Positions 44,381 through 57,849 of a stretch of 64,000 nucleotides of DNA are shown here, one piece after another. A program made the translations under genes and the position numbers. The first letter of the stretch is position 1, and each line of letters starts with the position of its first letter. Location: positions 1,612,001-1,676,000 of the forward strand of contig SMSO01000005.1 in assembly GCA_004764695.1 (NCBI GenBank), read 5' to 3'. A model generated the notes under the pieces. The model was given only the letters and a program-made list of their open reading frames with translations, was not told where the DNA came from and did not search any database. The stretch is from Schizochytrium sp. TIO01 (taxonomy: Eukaryota; Protista; Bigyra: Labyrinthulomycetes).

Positions 44381-47300
44381 CACCAAATTATAAAATTATA
44401 GAGGTAAAACTAAACGAAGCAATTTCAATAAGAAGTCTGAGATTAGCGTTTCCTTGTCGCCTTTCTGCGAATAGAGGCCCATGTTGGGAATGAAAGTCCA
44501 AGGCCCTGCCGAGATTGTTTTCATTTCTGTACTTGCGCGAGGATTGCAGATGCCCTGAGCTTGAAGTTGAAGTTGAAGTTGAAGTTGCATCGCGGATGAT
44601 GTACACAACTTCGGGCCGGTGTTCGCCAGGCTCTCAGACAGACACTCACACACACATAGAGAGAGCGCTGGATTCGAGGAGACAGCGGCGCTCCACTCAC
44701 TGGCTTGGGTTCCATTGCTTTCGACTTACTTCTGGTGCGAGTTTTCGATCTTTCTTCGTCTTTCTTGAGGAGCTGTTCCGAGATATTCACTCGTTCCTGG
44801 CGAAAAAGGCCGTCGGCATGGCCGTCTTTCCGCCATTGAGCCCTCCTTTTGATGCGCGCTTGCACTTAGTTCAACTGCAACCGCAACTTATGGAGGAGTG
44901 ATGGATAGTCAGGGCTGCTGATCGAAGCCTGCTCTGGCGCCATGAAATCATGGCGGCTTTTCATCCAAGTTTCGACCTTGAACGAGCAGGAGAGGTTAAG
45001 GTGGAACCGCCATGACAAACAAAGATACATGACGAGGGCTCAATTCCAGCTCGAGCGAGTCAACTGAAGTCAAGTCACGGTGGCCGTGAACACATTGAAA
45101 CTCACTGAGGAGCAGGAGAACGGGCGGGCGAGGATTGTTTTGGCCGTCCGATGGATGGGCATTGGAGACAGCTGCGGCACAGGCGATCGATCTTGATTCC
45201 TTGCCCTGCCCTGGAGATGGTGCTAGCAGGCAGGCAGATAGCAGGTGCCGTAGCAGTAGCACTTTAGCTGCCTGCTTGCCAACGAATTAATTAATTAATT
45301 AATTAATTTGTGAAATCTATCTGGCCATCCATGATTCATTGTGTGCTACGATGATGATAAGTGGCTCGAGGGGGGATTAGATTCTTACAGGCGAAGCAGA
45401 AAGAACTCGGGGAGGAAGAGCGAAGCAAGGTGGCAGCAAGAGGTTCTCGAAGAGATACGGAGCTTTCCAGGCAGCCTTTGTTGTCAAGACTGCCGAGGCG
45501 TGAGTGAGGTACATCCGAGATGATCGGAAAATGACCTCTGCTGCGAGGCGAGAGATCCTGGTTCTAACAGTACCTAGATTCTATTTCCTAATTCGATTGT
45601 GACAAGGTAATTAATTGATTTTAATTGAAAGAGACAACAACAAAAAGAGAAGAACAACCCTTGCATTTGCAGGAAGAGCGAAGTAAACAAATCATGAGAC
45701 GAAGAAATGAGATTTACTTATTATAACATAATAATACTTATCATAACGAAAAAAAAAAAAAAAACAGAAAAGAAGTAGAAATTACTCAAGGCAAAGGCCA
45801 GGCAGGCTAGCTACATCTTGTTGACCTGCTTCGGCAACATGATCGTTGTCCAATACATGGCTACTGTAAGCAGCCCCAGCATAAATAATTATGTACCTCC
45901 TTTTGCCTGGCAGAGCAAAGCAAAGATGAAAGGCTAAGAACGACTGAAGTGTCACTGGAACGAACGCCATACCCAGGCTCCAGCGAACAGCTTTTCTCTT
46001 TTATTTCTTGTCTTCTTTTCGCCAGAGCGGCAGCCACAGAAATTATTTTAGGAGAGATCCGCTAAGTAGCCAAGAGCACAGTATTCTTTCGGCACAACCA
46101 TTTAAACATATAAAAAAAATGACGCCACAATGTCGATGGGTTTGCAAAAAGTTTCTCCGGCAGGGTCGCTCTCTCGAAAGAAATTTGTGCAAACAAATTG
46201 TCGACGAAATCATGACTCACTTGGAGTGACTCACACGTTCACATGCATGAACAACCCTAAATCGTGCAAGAGCAACTTGAATCACGCCGCTCGAATGTGT
46301 CCAACCTCTGGTTTCAATGGCCTCGCATGCCTAGCCACTCAGTCTTTAGCAAGCATTTGCTTCCTGTAAAATCACCTTTTCCATAATCCCATAATCCTTT
46401 CCAGTCGGGCTTGCACCTTCGTCCTTACATGAGAAAATAGCAATTTCCTCTTTTGGTTTTCCTGGATTTCGAAATAGATCCTTGTAAATTATGACATTCC
46501 GACTCATTCGAGAGACCTTGGAACTAACCATCGCTCTCGCTCTCGGCAGCTTTAAACTATAAAAATCAAAACAACAAAATATTATATTTAAATAAAAGCA
46601 TTACCTACCATGCCATCCATGCCTAGGAGGAAAGGGGTTTCCAAAAAGCTCGCTCGCGCATCTTCGTCAACACTTCTTCGCCGCCTATTCTATATACTCA
46701 CTGGGCTAGCCTGGAATAGGTATGATGTGGAAGCTCAATAAATGGCAAGGAGCGAATTGATTGATTGATAGATGGAACAGCCTAGTAGATTACTCACGCA
46801 GATATAATTCCCCCCACTGAGCTTTGCTAGCTGCAGCAACTATCAGCTATCTCCCCATAAAGTGGCTTCTCATCCGGTTTGGCCCACTGCTACCTTGTTG
46901 GTACACGCCCTACCTACCTAGTACGGTACTATTAGCTTGAACGAAAACGAGAACTCCTCTCTTCTCCTGTCGCCTGCCCTCCAGACTTGCTGCTATGCGA
47001 TGATCTCCATCCCAAACCCTCCCAAGCTCGCGAGACCTCGATTCGCACCATCTCACTCCTGCAAGGCAGCCAGGCACCTCACCTCCTTACCTAGCTTCGG
47101 TTGGGAAATAAGACACACAGACAGACACACAGACAGAATACACATAGTATGTAGCAGGTAATTTCGAGATACGAGAAACGAGGCACGAGAAAGGAAACGA
47201 AGATCTCGAAAAGCCCACCAAGAACGGCAGGCTCGCCAACACAAGCAAGCAAGCAAGCAGGCAAGCAAGCAAGCAAGTCCACGGCGTGCGAGCAAGGTTA

Positions 47301-47869
47301 AAGGCAGCTGCTTGCACGGGCAGCTAGCGACTCTCCACTCGCGCGAGCCCCGTCTCCACTCTCCACGAGTAGCCCAGCTTGGGGTAGTACAGGGCCGCCT
47401 TCGCGACTGCCGCGGGAGCAGAGCCGCCGCCGCTTCTGGTGGAGTGGCGGTGCTGGTGCCAGCTGTGGAGGAAGACAGCACGCGACGCAGTGCGGCATTG
47501 GGAAGCTCGCGAGCTAGCTGGTAGACGGCGAGCTAGCTCGGCCTGCCTCCCAGGCTTCGGGTCCGCCTCGCCGTGCCTCCTGGAGGTCCTGGTTCTGGTG
47601 CCGGCCACTAGCTAGAGCTTCTGAGAACTTCGTAGCCCAGGGTTTCAAAGCTCGAGCTCGAGCTCGCGCTGTAGCAAGCTTGCAAGGCTGCCTGCTGCGT
47701 GCTTGCTTGCTTGCTCTGCGGATGGGCTGGCGGTCCGAGCGCCTCCGCCCGCTCGCGCCGCAGGGTTCAGACAGCGGCACGCTCAAGCACGATGGCCTCA
47801 CCCACCGGCGGCACGTCGCTCTTGGCGCTTTGGAAGCGCCCAGAGAAGAATACGAGTTTGAATATTAAT

Positions 47870-48030
47870 ATTTGAATTTGTGAAATCGAATTTGAATTTT
47901 TCATTTAAAAATGATTTTGATTTTGAATTTGAACTTGAACTTGAATTCGAATTCGAATTCGAATTTGAATTTGAAAACTCGAATTTGAAAACTCGAATTT
48001 GAATTTTTCATTGGAAATTGAACTTGAGAC
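47870..48030. repeat. Degenerate hexamer array (GAATTT/GAATTC/GAACTT)n
   Basis: Directly visible; the centre contains self-complementary (GAATTC)3. Confidence 0.85.
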
Positions 48031-48168
48031 GTGAAGTTGCATTCACAATCGCAATCGCGTTCAATCGCGGATGGACACGAGGAGGGCGCGGGAGATGGAG
48101 AGCAAGCCGAGCTCGCCTTGCACGCATCGAGCGGAGCCGTCTCCCGCGGGCACCACAATTACGATGGC

Positions 48169-48208
48169 CTGAGCTGAGCTGAGCTGAGCTGAGCTGAGCT
48201 GAGCTGAG
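48169..48208. repeat. (GAGCT)n pentanucleotide repeat
   Basis: Directly visible. Confidence 0.9.
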
Positions 48209-50340
48209 AATCCAGGTGACGACTCCAAGAGGGTTTCCTTTCCGATTGCGGTGGAGCAAAAGTGGTCTTGCAGGAGGCTGTGGCAGTCAGTCACTCTCAC
48301 TTCAATCGCTCTGCCGGTTCCAAGTGCACCAGAGCTTGCCGGCAACAGCAAGATCAATCGACATCAGCAACAGCACCAGCAGCACCAGCAGCACCAGCAG
48401 CAGCAACTTCTTTGGGCTTGGAATAGCGAGTTGTTGGTGGCCTCTTTGGGCTCCGGGCGAGGCCTTCTTCGAGCTCGACCTGCTGCTTCTGCGAGTCCCT
48501 CGACCTCAACCCAGTTCTCCTTCTGCGCGGCCAGGATCTCGAGTCGAACGCGAGGCTCGCCGCGGAGAGCGACCAGGGCAGACGGAACGGGCTAGCTGGC
48601 CACTCCCATGTTTTACAGGCCGGAGTCCCCAAGCTTGGGCAAGTTTACAGGGAAGTCGAGGCCTTCTCTATTTCGAAGAGGGTGGGTGAGCGAGCGAGTG
48701 GACACACAGACCAACACACAGACGCTCAGACCGGCTGACAGGCTGACAGATGGATGGAGAGATACAGGCAGACAGATGGACAGACGGGTGGCTGGATGCC
48801 TCAAAACGACGTAGTTGACGAGCTTCAAGTCCTTCTTGAGCTCGCACATACTAGGAAATATGCATATCATATATATATATGTGTATATATATATATATAT
48901 GTATATGTGTCTATAAGTTTTACAGGAATTGTAAGCAAACATCAATACGAAACAAAGCGGGAAAGACAAGGAAGAAAGAAGCAAAGGAGGGCTCCGACAA
49001 TAGACAGTGAGAATAGAAATGCGCAGTACTTCCAGGAATGGCTACCGTTTATTTTATTTGTTTTGTTTTGAACCCACTTCACAGCGGAAGAAAGAAACCC
49101 ACGAACAAATAATGAGCTCCTTTTCAATACTTTCGACCCCACGAGTAAACAAAACCACCTTTGCTAAATCAAAAGATAGAAAACCTCGGCCGCCCCACAC
49201 ATACATATGTTATATACATACTTTTAAATTAAAAACGTCAAAAGGCCTGAAACGAACTCTACTTACTCACGGCGGATAAGTTTAAAATAAATAAAAATAT
49301 CAATCAAACAGAGCGCAGAGCCAAACAGGAAAAGAAGAAAAGGAAGAAAATCAATCAATCAATCATTTAATCATTCATTCATTCGCTCATTTATCCATGT
49401 GTTCAATCCACCATGCAATGAATGGTTTGGAACCTGAAAACGGCCTTGCGCAGCGCTCCACAGCTGCTCTGGCCTGAGCTTTAAGCCAAGCATAGCCAAG
49501 CGGCGGCCACGTGCCCGCGCGTCGAACCCTTCAGAACAGAACTTTCAGAAGCGCGATTCATCGCGAGAAACGTCTATCGCAAGGACTGAAAACAGTCCAA
49601 ACTAATGATTTCAGGCCAAGCGCATGTGCACTAGACGGCTGCTAGGTGTCCCTTGAAGGCTGAAATAAAAGGCCTTTTCAGTAGAAGATTTGCTTTTACT
49701 GTTTTTTCCCCTCATGCACTATAGAAGTTTAAAAACATTTGAACAGATAGAAATCATGTTTAAAACATTCTTATATTTTTAAAAAGGAAAAAAGAAAAAA
49801 GGTTTGGTCTATTTCATTCTTCATTTTCTTTCTTTCTTTAGGTGGACCCTAAACGTGAAGCCAAAAGCCTACCTGTCTTTTAAAGTTAAAAAAAAAAAAA
49901 ATGGTTAATACAATGCCATCGAGGCACCTTACTTTTAAAACAACGAAATTGATTACAACTTTACTTGGTTGAAGAAAGAATAGAAGGGACTACTAACTTC
50001 AAGAGAAAACAGATTATCGATAAGAACAAAGTAAACAACTTCACTGCTACCATCACAGGTAGGTTCATATGCAGGTATGCAGATGTAGAAAGGGATCACA
50101 AGAGGCTAAACTTGATGGAGGAGGCGCATTTCGTACGGCGCATTCACTAAGGTAAATAAACGTTCCTTTTCTTTTCATAAATCAAAGTCATTCCGCGGTA
50201 TTTTATTGGCATATACATTTATATTTATGCTTATTTTTTCAAACAAGCTTGTTGCTTTCTTGTTGTTGTTAAAAGGTTTTTTGAATGAAGTACCCTTTTG
50301 TTGAGATGCCCATTGTTTTTATTCATATCGGTTTAGGTAT

Positions 50341-50398
<58 letters not shown>
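50341..50398. repeat. (AAAG)n microsatellite
   Basis: Directly visible. Confidence 0.95.
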
Positions 50399-50399
<1 letters not shown>

Positions 50400-50863
50400 G
50401 TATCTTCATTGTTTTATGTCTATCATTCAGTTGAGCAAATAGGCATAAGCAGCGAACTCAACTCCCACAATGAGGGTTCGACGGCGAGGTTCATTCTTTT
50501 ATGGCCGCTTGCATAGCGTTCGTCGCAGGCCCGACTGAACAAGCGGTAGGCCAGATCTGCCCTCGTTATCCACGCTGTTATCGCCGCCGCCGCTGCCAAT
50601 CCCGAGCGCTATTGGCGGCTTGGACTCGGCTTTCCCATGGAAAACATAGATAACTGATCAACTTACTCAGGCTTTTCTTCGCTCCTTTCCCGTTCAAGTT
50701 TCTTTACTCCATTGTCACTCACTTACTCACTTACAGTCACTCATTCATTCACTGCCTTTGAAAGGAACTATTGTTGAAATTGTTATTGAAGTTATTATCG
50801 AATTAATGTTGTTGGAGCATTGATAGAAATAAAATTATTATTAATAAAAAGAGAATAAATAAA

Positions 50864-50894
<31 letters not shown>

Positions 50895-52310
50895 CTTAAG
50901 AAGAATAAAGAAAGGTAGAAGATGTAACTAAATGAAGAATGGGGCCATCCATCCATCCACCCATCCATCAATCAATCAATCAATCGATCAATCGATCAAT
51001 CGATCAATCGATCAATCGAATAGTTAGCTGATTAGCCGAGCAATGGATAAATCATCATCCTTCCACCCACCCACTCATCCAACCATCCATCCATCCATCC
51101 AAACTAACGTCATGACTCAAAGGTGAGTGAGCGCACGAATTCATTGATTGCTTGATTGATTGATTCATTCATTCATTGCTTCCATCGATTGATTCATTCA
51201 TTGATTGATTCATTCATTCATTCATTCACTGCTTCATTGATTCACGCTTTGGGCTTTTCTTCCTCTGCTAACAGGAAGAAAGGAAAGAATCGAGTCGCAC
51301 CTGAGTGGCCTCGATTCTCACAGGGATCTCTGATCTTTATCAATGAAGCCATGAATGAATGAATGAAGCCATGAAGCAATCAATCAATGAAGCAATCAAT
51401 GAGTCAATCAATTAATCCATCAATGAACCGATGAAGAAAGATATATTCTGGGCAGCGTTCTTTCCTGTCCGTCGCTCCTTTTGAACGCAGAAGGGGACAC
51501 GAGGGAGAAAAAAGAACACAAACACACGAAGCCCTTCAATTCAATTCCTCGACGGCGCGGTTCTTCGCCGCCTGAAACTTGCTTGGAGCCGAAGAGAACT
51601 TCGAAGACGGAGAAGGAGGAAGGAGGCGGCACTCGCTCCTCCCCAGCACTGCCCGCAGAGGAGGATGCAGATCGACTGTCTCGAGGGTGCACCGCTTCGA
51701 TCTAGGAACCCAAAATCGCAGGCAGAGCCTGATTGTCATATGTATCTTTCTTTCTTCGACTCATCATTCGCTCATCGAAGATATTGTGTATCGATAACGC
51801 ACATAAAGTTTCATGTCCATGAATGTATCTATCTATATATATATATATATATATATTTGTGTATGTATATAGAGGTGACGGCGCTTGATTTGCAAAGCTG
51901 TAAAGACCGCATTCGAAGATCTCCTTCGCGAGAACTGGATTCAGAAGAGGCCTGAGACGAAAGATGATTGGGGTTCCGTTCGTTGGTTTCTCTCGGCATC
52001 GCTTTCTTCGCCTGTGAGTTCTTCTTCTTCTTCTTCTTCTTCTTCTTCTTCTGCTGCTGCTGCTGCTGCTTCGAACTTAGTTCTTCGAGGAAAAGGAGGA
52101 ATCGCAATCCACAATGCGAAGTTTGATTCTCTGCGTATGTTTGGAATGTCCAAACGCATTGATTGATTCATTCGTTCGTTCGTTCGTTCATTTCATATCA
52201 CGAAGGAATCATCGCTTTCTTCTTCGCTTTTCGTGAGGAGACGTTAAAACTGCTCTGTGAAAAGGTGAAAAGCGGCGCCTTTCTTTCGCCTGTTTGAGAA
52301 AGATGGTGAT

Positions 52311-52430
52311 GAAAGATTGAAAGATTGAAAGATCGAAAGAATGAAAGATTGAAAGATCGAAAGAATGAAAGATTGAAAGATCGAAAGAATGAAAGATTGA
52401 AAGATCGAAAGAATGAAAGATCGAAAGAAT
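52311..52430. repeat. 8-bp GAAAGAWY tandem array with a 24-bp higher-order period
   Basis: 15 units; the triad GAAAGATT-GAAAGATC-GAAAGAAT is repeated four times. Confidence 0.9.
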
Positions 52431-53454
52431 GATGACAAACAAACAGACAAACAGACAGACAAACAGACATCTCAGATGCATGCGAGAAGGAAGACGACGG
52501 CCAAGATCGAAGCGGGGTAATTCAGCCCTGCAAAAGCAACTCGCGTCGAGCTGAATTGCGGGCGCGATCTTAGCCGCCGCCGATGTTACCAACGATCGAT
52601 CGACAGCGAAGAAGACTGCGAAGCGCCAACTTACTCGGATTGCTCATCATACCGTATCATACTTCGATTGTTCCCAATCTTGAGCCCCCAAGAAAAAGAA
52701 AAAGAAAAAACATTTGTTGTTAGTCTTTTTTTTTTTCCTTAAAAAAAAGAAGAAAACAAAACATATTTTTAAATTAAAAATCCCTTTTTATTTATATATT
52801 TTTAAAGTAAGAAATAAAAAAAATTTAAATTATTTTAAATAGTAATAATGATAAGTTTTAACTTTAAAACTGAGGAAGATTTGAGATCATATTCCAAAGG
52901 TGTTGTTCCATCTTTTTTCTTGGGGTTGCATAGGAAGAAGCCTAAGCCGATGCTAGTTACTTAGTTAGTTAGTTAGTTAGTTAGTTACTTACTTACTTAC
53001 TTACTTACTCAAGTCGCTTCTCACTTTTCCTCGCATCCACTGAGAGATTCCACGTTCGAACAAACTGACCGCGCTTTCTTTCTTTCGAGTCGAGTCGAGT
53101 CGAGTCGAGTCGAGTCGACGCCTTCTTCACCTCAGGTTTCTGAGAACTGAGTTGACTGCTTTCCGCCGCCTCCGCTGTCGCACAGCTATCTCCTCGTTCG
53201 TCAGGAGGTAAGTGCGGTCGGTTTCTTTCATGGATTTATTTCTTTCCGCGTTGCTCATTTACTCACTCACTCACGCAGTCACTTACTTATTGAGTGGACC
53301 ATTGAAGGTGACTTATTCGTCGCCCAGAATACCCTCGTTTTGAAGGTGCCCAGAATCGGCAGGAGCTCCACCACCAAATAAATGCAATGCAGGAGAGAAT
53401 GATCAGTAAGTTCGAGGTTCAAGCAATCCAAAGCCGCACCTTTGACATGCAATT

Positions 53455-53511
53455 TCATTCATTCATTCATTCATTCATTCATTCATTCATTCATTCATTC
53501 ATTCATTCATT
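53455..53511. repeat. (CATT)n microsatellite
   Basis: Directly visible. Confidence 0.95.
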
Positions 53512-56500
53512 TGGTCATATAGTCATATAGTCATTTAGTCATTCATGCACTCACTGCCGTAGGGTGACATCTGAGCAAACTGATGTAAATTCAATTCACA
53601 CTGATTCAAGCGTTTGCAGACTTGGTCATCATTTATTGACCACTCAGGTTGAGGCAACTCATGGTGCGTAGTTTGTCCATTTCATGTGGAGATTATTCGC
53701 GACCGTCCGTCCCAAGCTGACCATTGATTGCGATGCCGGCGGCATTGAGCCTTTTATTGGGGGTCTGGAGACTTTTAGATCAAGTTGGATTTTTAGGCCA
53801 AGAGTACAGCAGAGCTGGCAAGTGAAACTAACTGGAATGCTTCCACTACATAGGCCAACTCATGTGGGTGAGAAGTTGGCGTAAACCATGAGAAAACACA
53901 GATGGCCACGGGCAACGACTTGAGCTACAGGGACCAGCCCTCGCACAGAGAGCACAAGCACTGACTGATTGCAGTCCATGACGCATGGCTTATGGAGAGC
54001 AGTGTGATAGTCGGCCCGTGATGACTTGGAATTCGCTGGTCTTGTTTTCTTTTCGTTATGTTGTATGCTCAGGCTTAGACGGAAGGCTTGGGCAAAGGCA
54101 AGGTAAAGGCAGGAATTTCAACTGGAACTCTGCGAACAATTTAGCAAGCATTGTGGAAATTTTGAGTGAGAGAGGGAAATGGGGTCCCTGTATATAGAAA
54201 TTGGGATAACGAGGCTTTCTCCGACTTTAGATTAGACGATATGACGCTGGCTTACGAGTAATCTTAATTCTGTGCATTAGATAGATTACAACTGTGCTTT
54301 AATCTCGCGACTAGATTTGTACTGTGTACCACTCGTATCAGTGGGAACAGAAATCTCAGCTACTAGGAAGATACGAGCCCTACCAAAGGGATCCGTACAT
54401 TTCGTGATCATCCCTATTCTCGAACGAATAATCTTGAGCATTCTGACCGTTGTTTATAACGTCGATTTGAAGAGTGATCTCAATCGTGGCAACCCATTGT
54501 TCCTGCGTAAACTATCTCTTGCAACACAGGCTTGACGCCATGTGAGACCTAGCATCGTTGCACAAGCCAGCGACTTCGAAGCGAAGGCCGAGTTGACCAG
54601 CTCGCAGAAGCACTTTCTTTCTGTCAATGCCATCGTCAATACGACCATTCATGTTGGCGCTCTCAACGTCCTTTAACAGCAAACTGCCCGTAGTGCACGA
54701 CAGCTCCACGGGTGTAGCCAATGACAATCGCTGAGGTTATCAGGCACCGATTCGCAAATGATCATATGCGCCCAATTCGTTGTTTGTAGAGAACGAGAAG
54801 ATTCTGTTGGCTCCATCGAAAGTAAGCCCCGCCTAAAACTAGACAGCCTGGGCATCTCAAGCTTGATTAGTACTGTCGCTGCTGCTCGGCAGCCAAGGGC
54901 TCAAGGCCTCCTGGAGGCTGAAAACCTCAACCCCCAAACCCCAAATTCCCAAGAGTGCGTGAGACCAGAACCCAGTTTTCATCCGTCCGTAGCCCGCATT
55001 TGCAGGCAGCAGCAAGCCGCCACGCAGGTTGCCTCCAGCCGCTCGCAACTCTTCAGGATCTACTGCGCATTCTCCAAAACATCCTTCGGAGAGGAAATCG
55101 CTCCTGAGAAATCCTTCACATTCTTGGCTGCTCTAATCTATCTTTCGAAGTCCCAAGAAGAGTACCAAACCAATACAATACAATATGATATACGCATATA
55201 CGCATATACGCATATACATAGATAGGCCTAACACAGAGCCGGGGAACGGAGGGAACATCGGGTAACTCGTTTACGAGAAAGACGCGGGTGGTGCGGATAA
55301 AGGCGGACTCCCAGGTGTTGGAAAAGGCGGCGGCTTGGAAGGGCTAGGAGTACATAGTGCTCACTAAGGATCAGGAGTTGAGGTTTCTAAGGATGAAGAA
55401 TAACGGAGTGTGCAGAGACTGAGGAATGACTTGCATGCATATTGGTCTGGGAAAGGCGAAGAAAGCATCGATATTGAGCCAAAGTGGGTTCTTCTTCGCG
55501 TCCGGCGGCAATAAATGAAGTAGCTGTAAGCGTGCAGACAGGAGAGCTTTCAACTGATCTTCTGAGTGATTTTCGTGGAATTCGATTCGATTTATTCAAT
55601 TTTGAAAGTAAATGAAGAAATGAAAGAAAGAAAGAAAGAAAGAAAGAAAGCGTGTTTAAAAATTGAATTAAAAGGCTTCAACAATGTTTTGTTTGTTTCG
55701 TTTACCAATGGTGAAAGGCTGGCTTGATTGGTCAAAGCGCGCAAAGAATGAAGCTTCGGCCGTTGCATACGCTCATCTCAGCGCGTATCGCAGCGGCCTC
55801 ACGTCAGCGCAGCCACAACGCACCAGGCTCGAGAGTCCTCGAAGCTGCGTGGCCCGTGGAGATTGATTACTATTAACCAATCAATCAATGCATCGATCAA
55901 TCAATCAACTGGTTCACTTTCCCTTCTTTTTTCAAGAAGGTGCACACTCTTCTTCTTCTTCTTCTCCTTTACAGTTTATATGATGCAATACTGTTATTTT
56001 CATTGCTCTTAGTTATTGTTTTCCTTTTTTGTTCAAAGTCAAAGTTATACTCCACTGTAGTAGAACGGAGCAAGCGCCGCCAGTCATCGTCCGCAGCAAA
56101 GCAAGAAGGACTTTCTTTAGGCTGCACTCGATCGACTCGTCGGTCGGCAGAGCCGTCCCTAACAAGATGGAGCAGGATGCAGCAGAAAGGAAAGACGAGT
56201 TTTGCGCGGTTCTGATTCTTCAGGGAGAACGGCACGCAGGCCCTTCATCTGATTTATTTATTATTGTTTTAATTAAAAAAGCGTTTTTAACTGAAATGAA
56301 TAAAAAATAATGCTTTCTCTCTCTCTCTCGGAGTAAAAGAAAAGAGTTGAAGCGCTTCTTCGCTCCAACGTTGAACGTTTCGCCTATTCTGCGAAGGTCT
56401 TCTATATTCACTCACTCTGTAAAGGAGAGTGGGAAACCTCCATCATGAAATGGTGTACTGCGGCAGCACTCCTGCTTTCAACCTTTAAGAAGTTAAAGGA

Positions 56501-57849
56501 TCGAACTTCGATTTTGTTTTTTATAGATTTTATTTTATTTTATTTTTAATATATAGATTAACGAAGGGAACTTGAGGACAGAGAGGACGAAAGGAAAGTG
56601 CCTCTCAAAAGTTGGTACTTTCGAGGAGAGAACAAACAAATCAATCAATCGAAAGAATTCCTTCGTTGGCGATGGCTAAACTTGAAGACGTCAAAATGGC
56701 TGCTGCTGCTGCTGCTGCTTCAGCTTCTACGAGCTCGTGCTCGTGCAGAAGGGCTTGGACTCGTTCGGCGGGAGCAGAAGGAGACGCAGCCAGGAAGGGA
56801 GCAGCGTGTAAACGAAAAGTCTCGACTGCTTGCGAGCGAATGCAGCGCTGCTTTGGGGGTTCGCTTTCTTGAAACTAGCTACGAAGCTCGTCAACGTCAA
56901 CGTCAACGCCGCCGCCGTCACCGTTGCCGTTGTGGGCGCCGCAGACTATGGTGCTGCGAACTGGCCATGCATGCATGGAGGAGCGGCGCTTTCGAGAGAG
57001 CACCGCATGAGGCGACACGGTGCTCGGCTTGGAATCGACAGCCGGGCAGAAGATATTTCCTTCAATTCGGCTTCTTCGCGCAGGAGAACTAGAACCCGAA
57101 CTGGGATGAATCAACCAGCCCTGGTCCTGGTCCTGGTTCTCGTCCTGGTCCAGGTCCAGGTCCAGATCCTTGTCCTCGGCTGGAGCGCCTCCCAGAGCGA
57201 GCGAGCGTGTGGTGAGGATCCCCGAAGGAAGCGCCGCCGCAAGCAAAGTCAACGGCAACGAGGATCCTGGAGCCGCTCGTGGAGACTGACAGCGCGATCA
57301 AAAAGGTCTTCTTCTTCTTCTTCTTCTTCTTCTTCTTCTTCATCTCAGGATGGCGCGATGAATAACGCAGGTGCATGGACATGAGGCGTGTATGCACAGG
57401 GAGTCAGCTTGCATGGAGAAGATGCACGGAGAGCAGCACAGCAAGTATCCATGTACACCAAAAGGTGATCTGGACCACCCACGGCAGACTCCCCTCGAGC
57501 GGTACCGATACGATCCAGCGTGGTCAAGTCTGCAAAGCCAGCCCGAGACAGGCTTCGCACTGCAGTGCAAAGCGAGGAATGGGCTCGAGGCTCAAAGAGA
57601 GGCAGAACTTCGTGTGGCCGCTGGATGATGGATGACCATAGGCAGCTCTCGATTATTCGTTTGGGCGTGTCCGTTACGTATGAAGCGCTAGTAACACCTA
57701 GTGGTCTTAGGGGAGACTAATAGACTTGGTGATATGTTTTGGTGCTGAGGTCAAAGTGCGAAAAGTTGAAGCACTATGTTCGTGGGTTTATGGGACTGTG
57801 GCGATGGTTGCGGCTCGTGATGAGAGGGTGGGCACGGGACAGAACCTGA

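Noticed and set aside
56598-57720. Overlapping 85-184 aa ORFs
   Set aside because: Driven by GC richness and simple repeats (GCT, CTGGTC, TCT).
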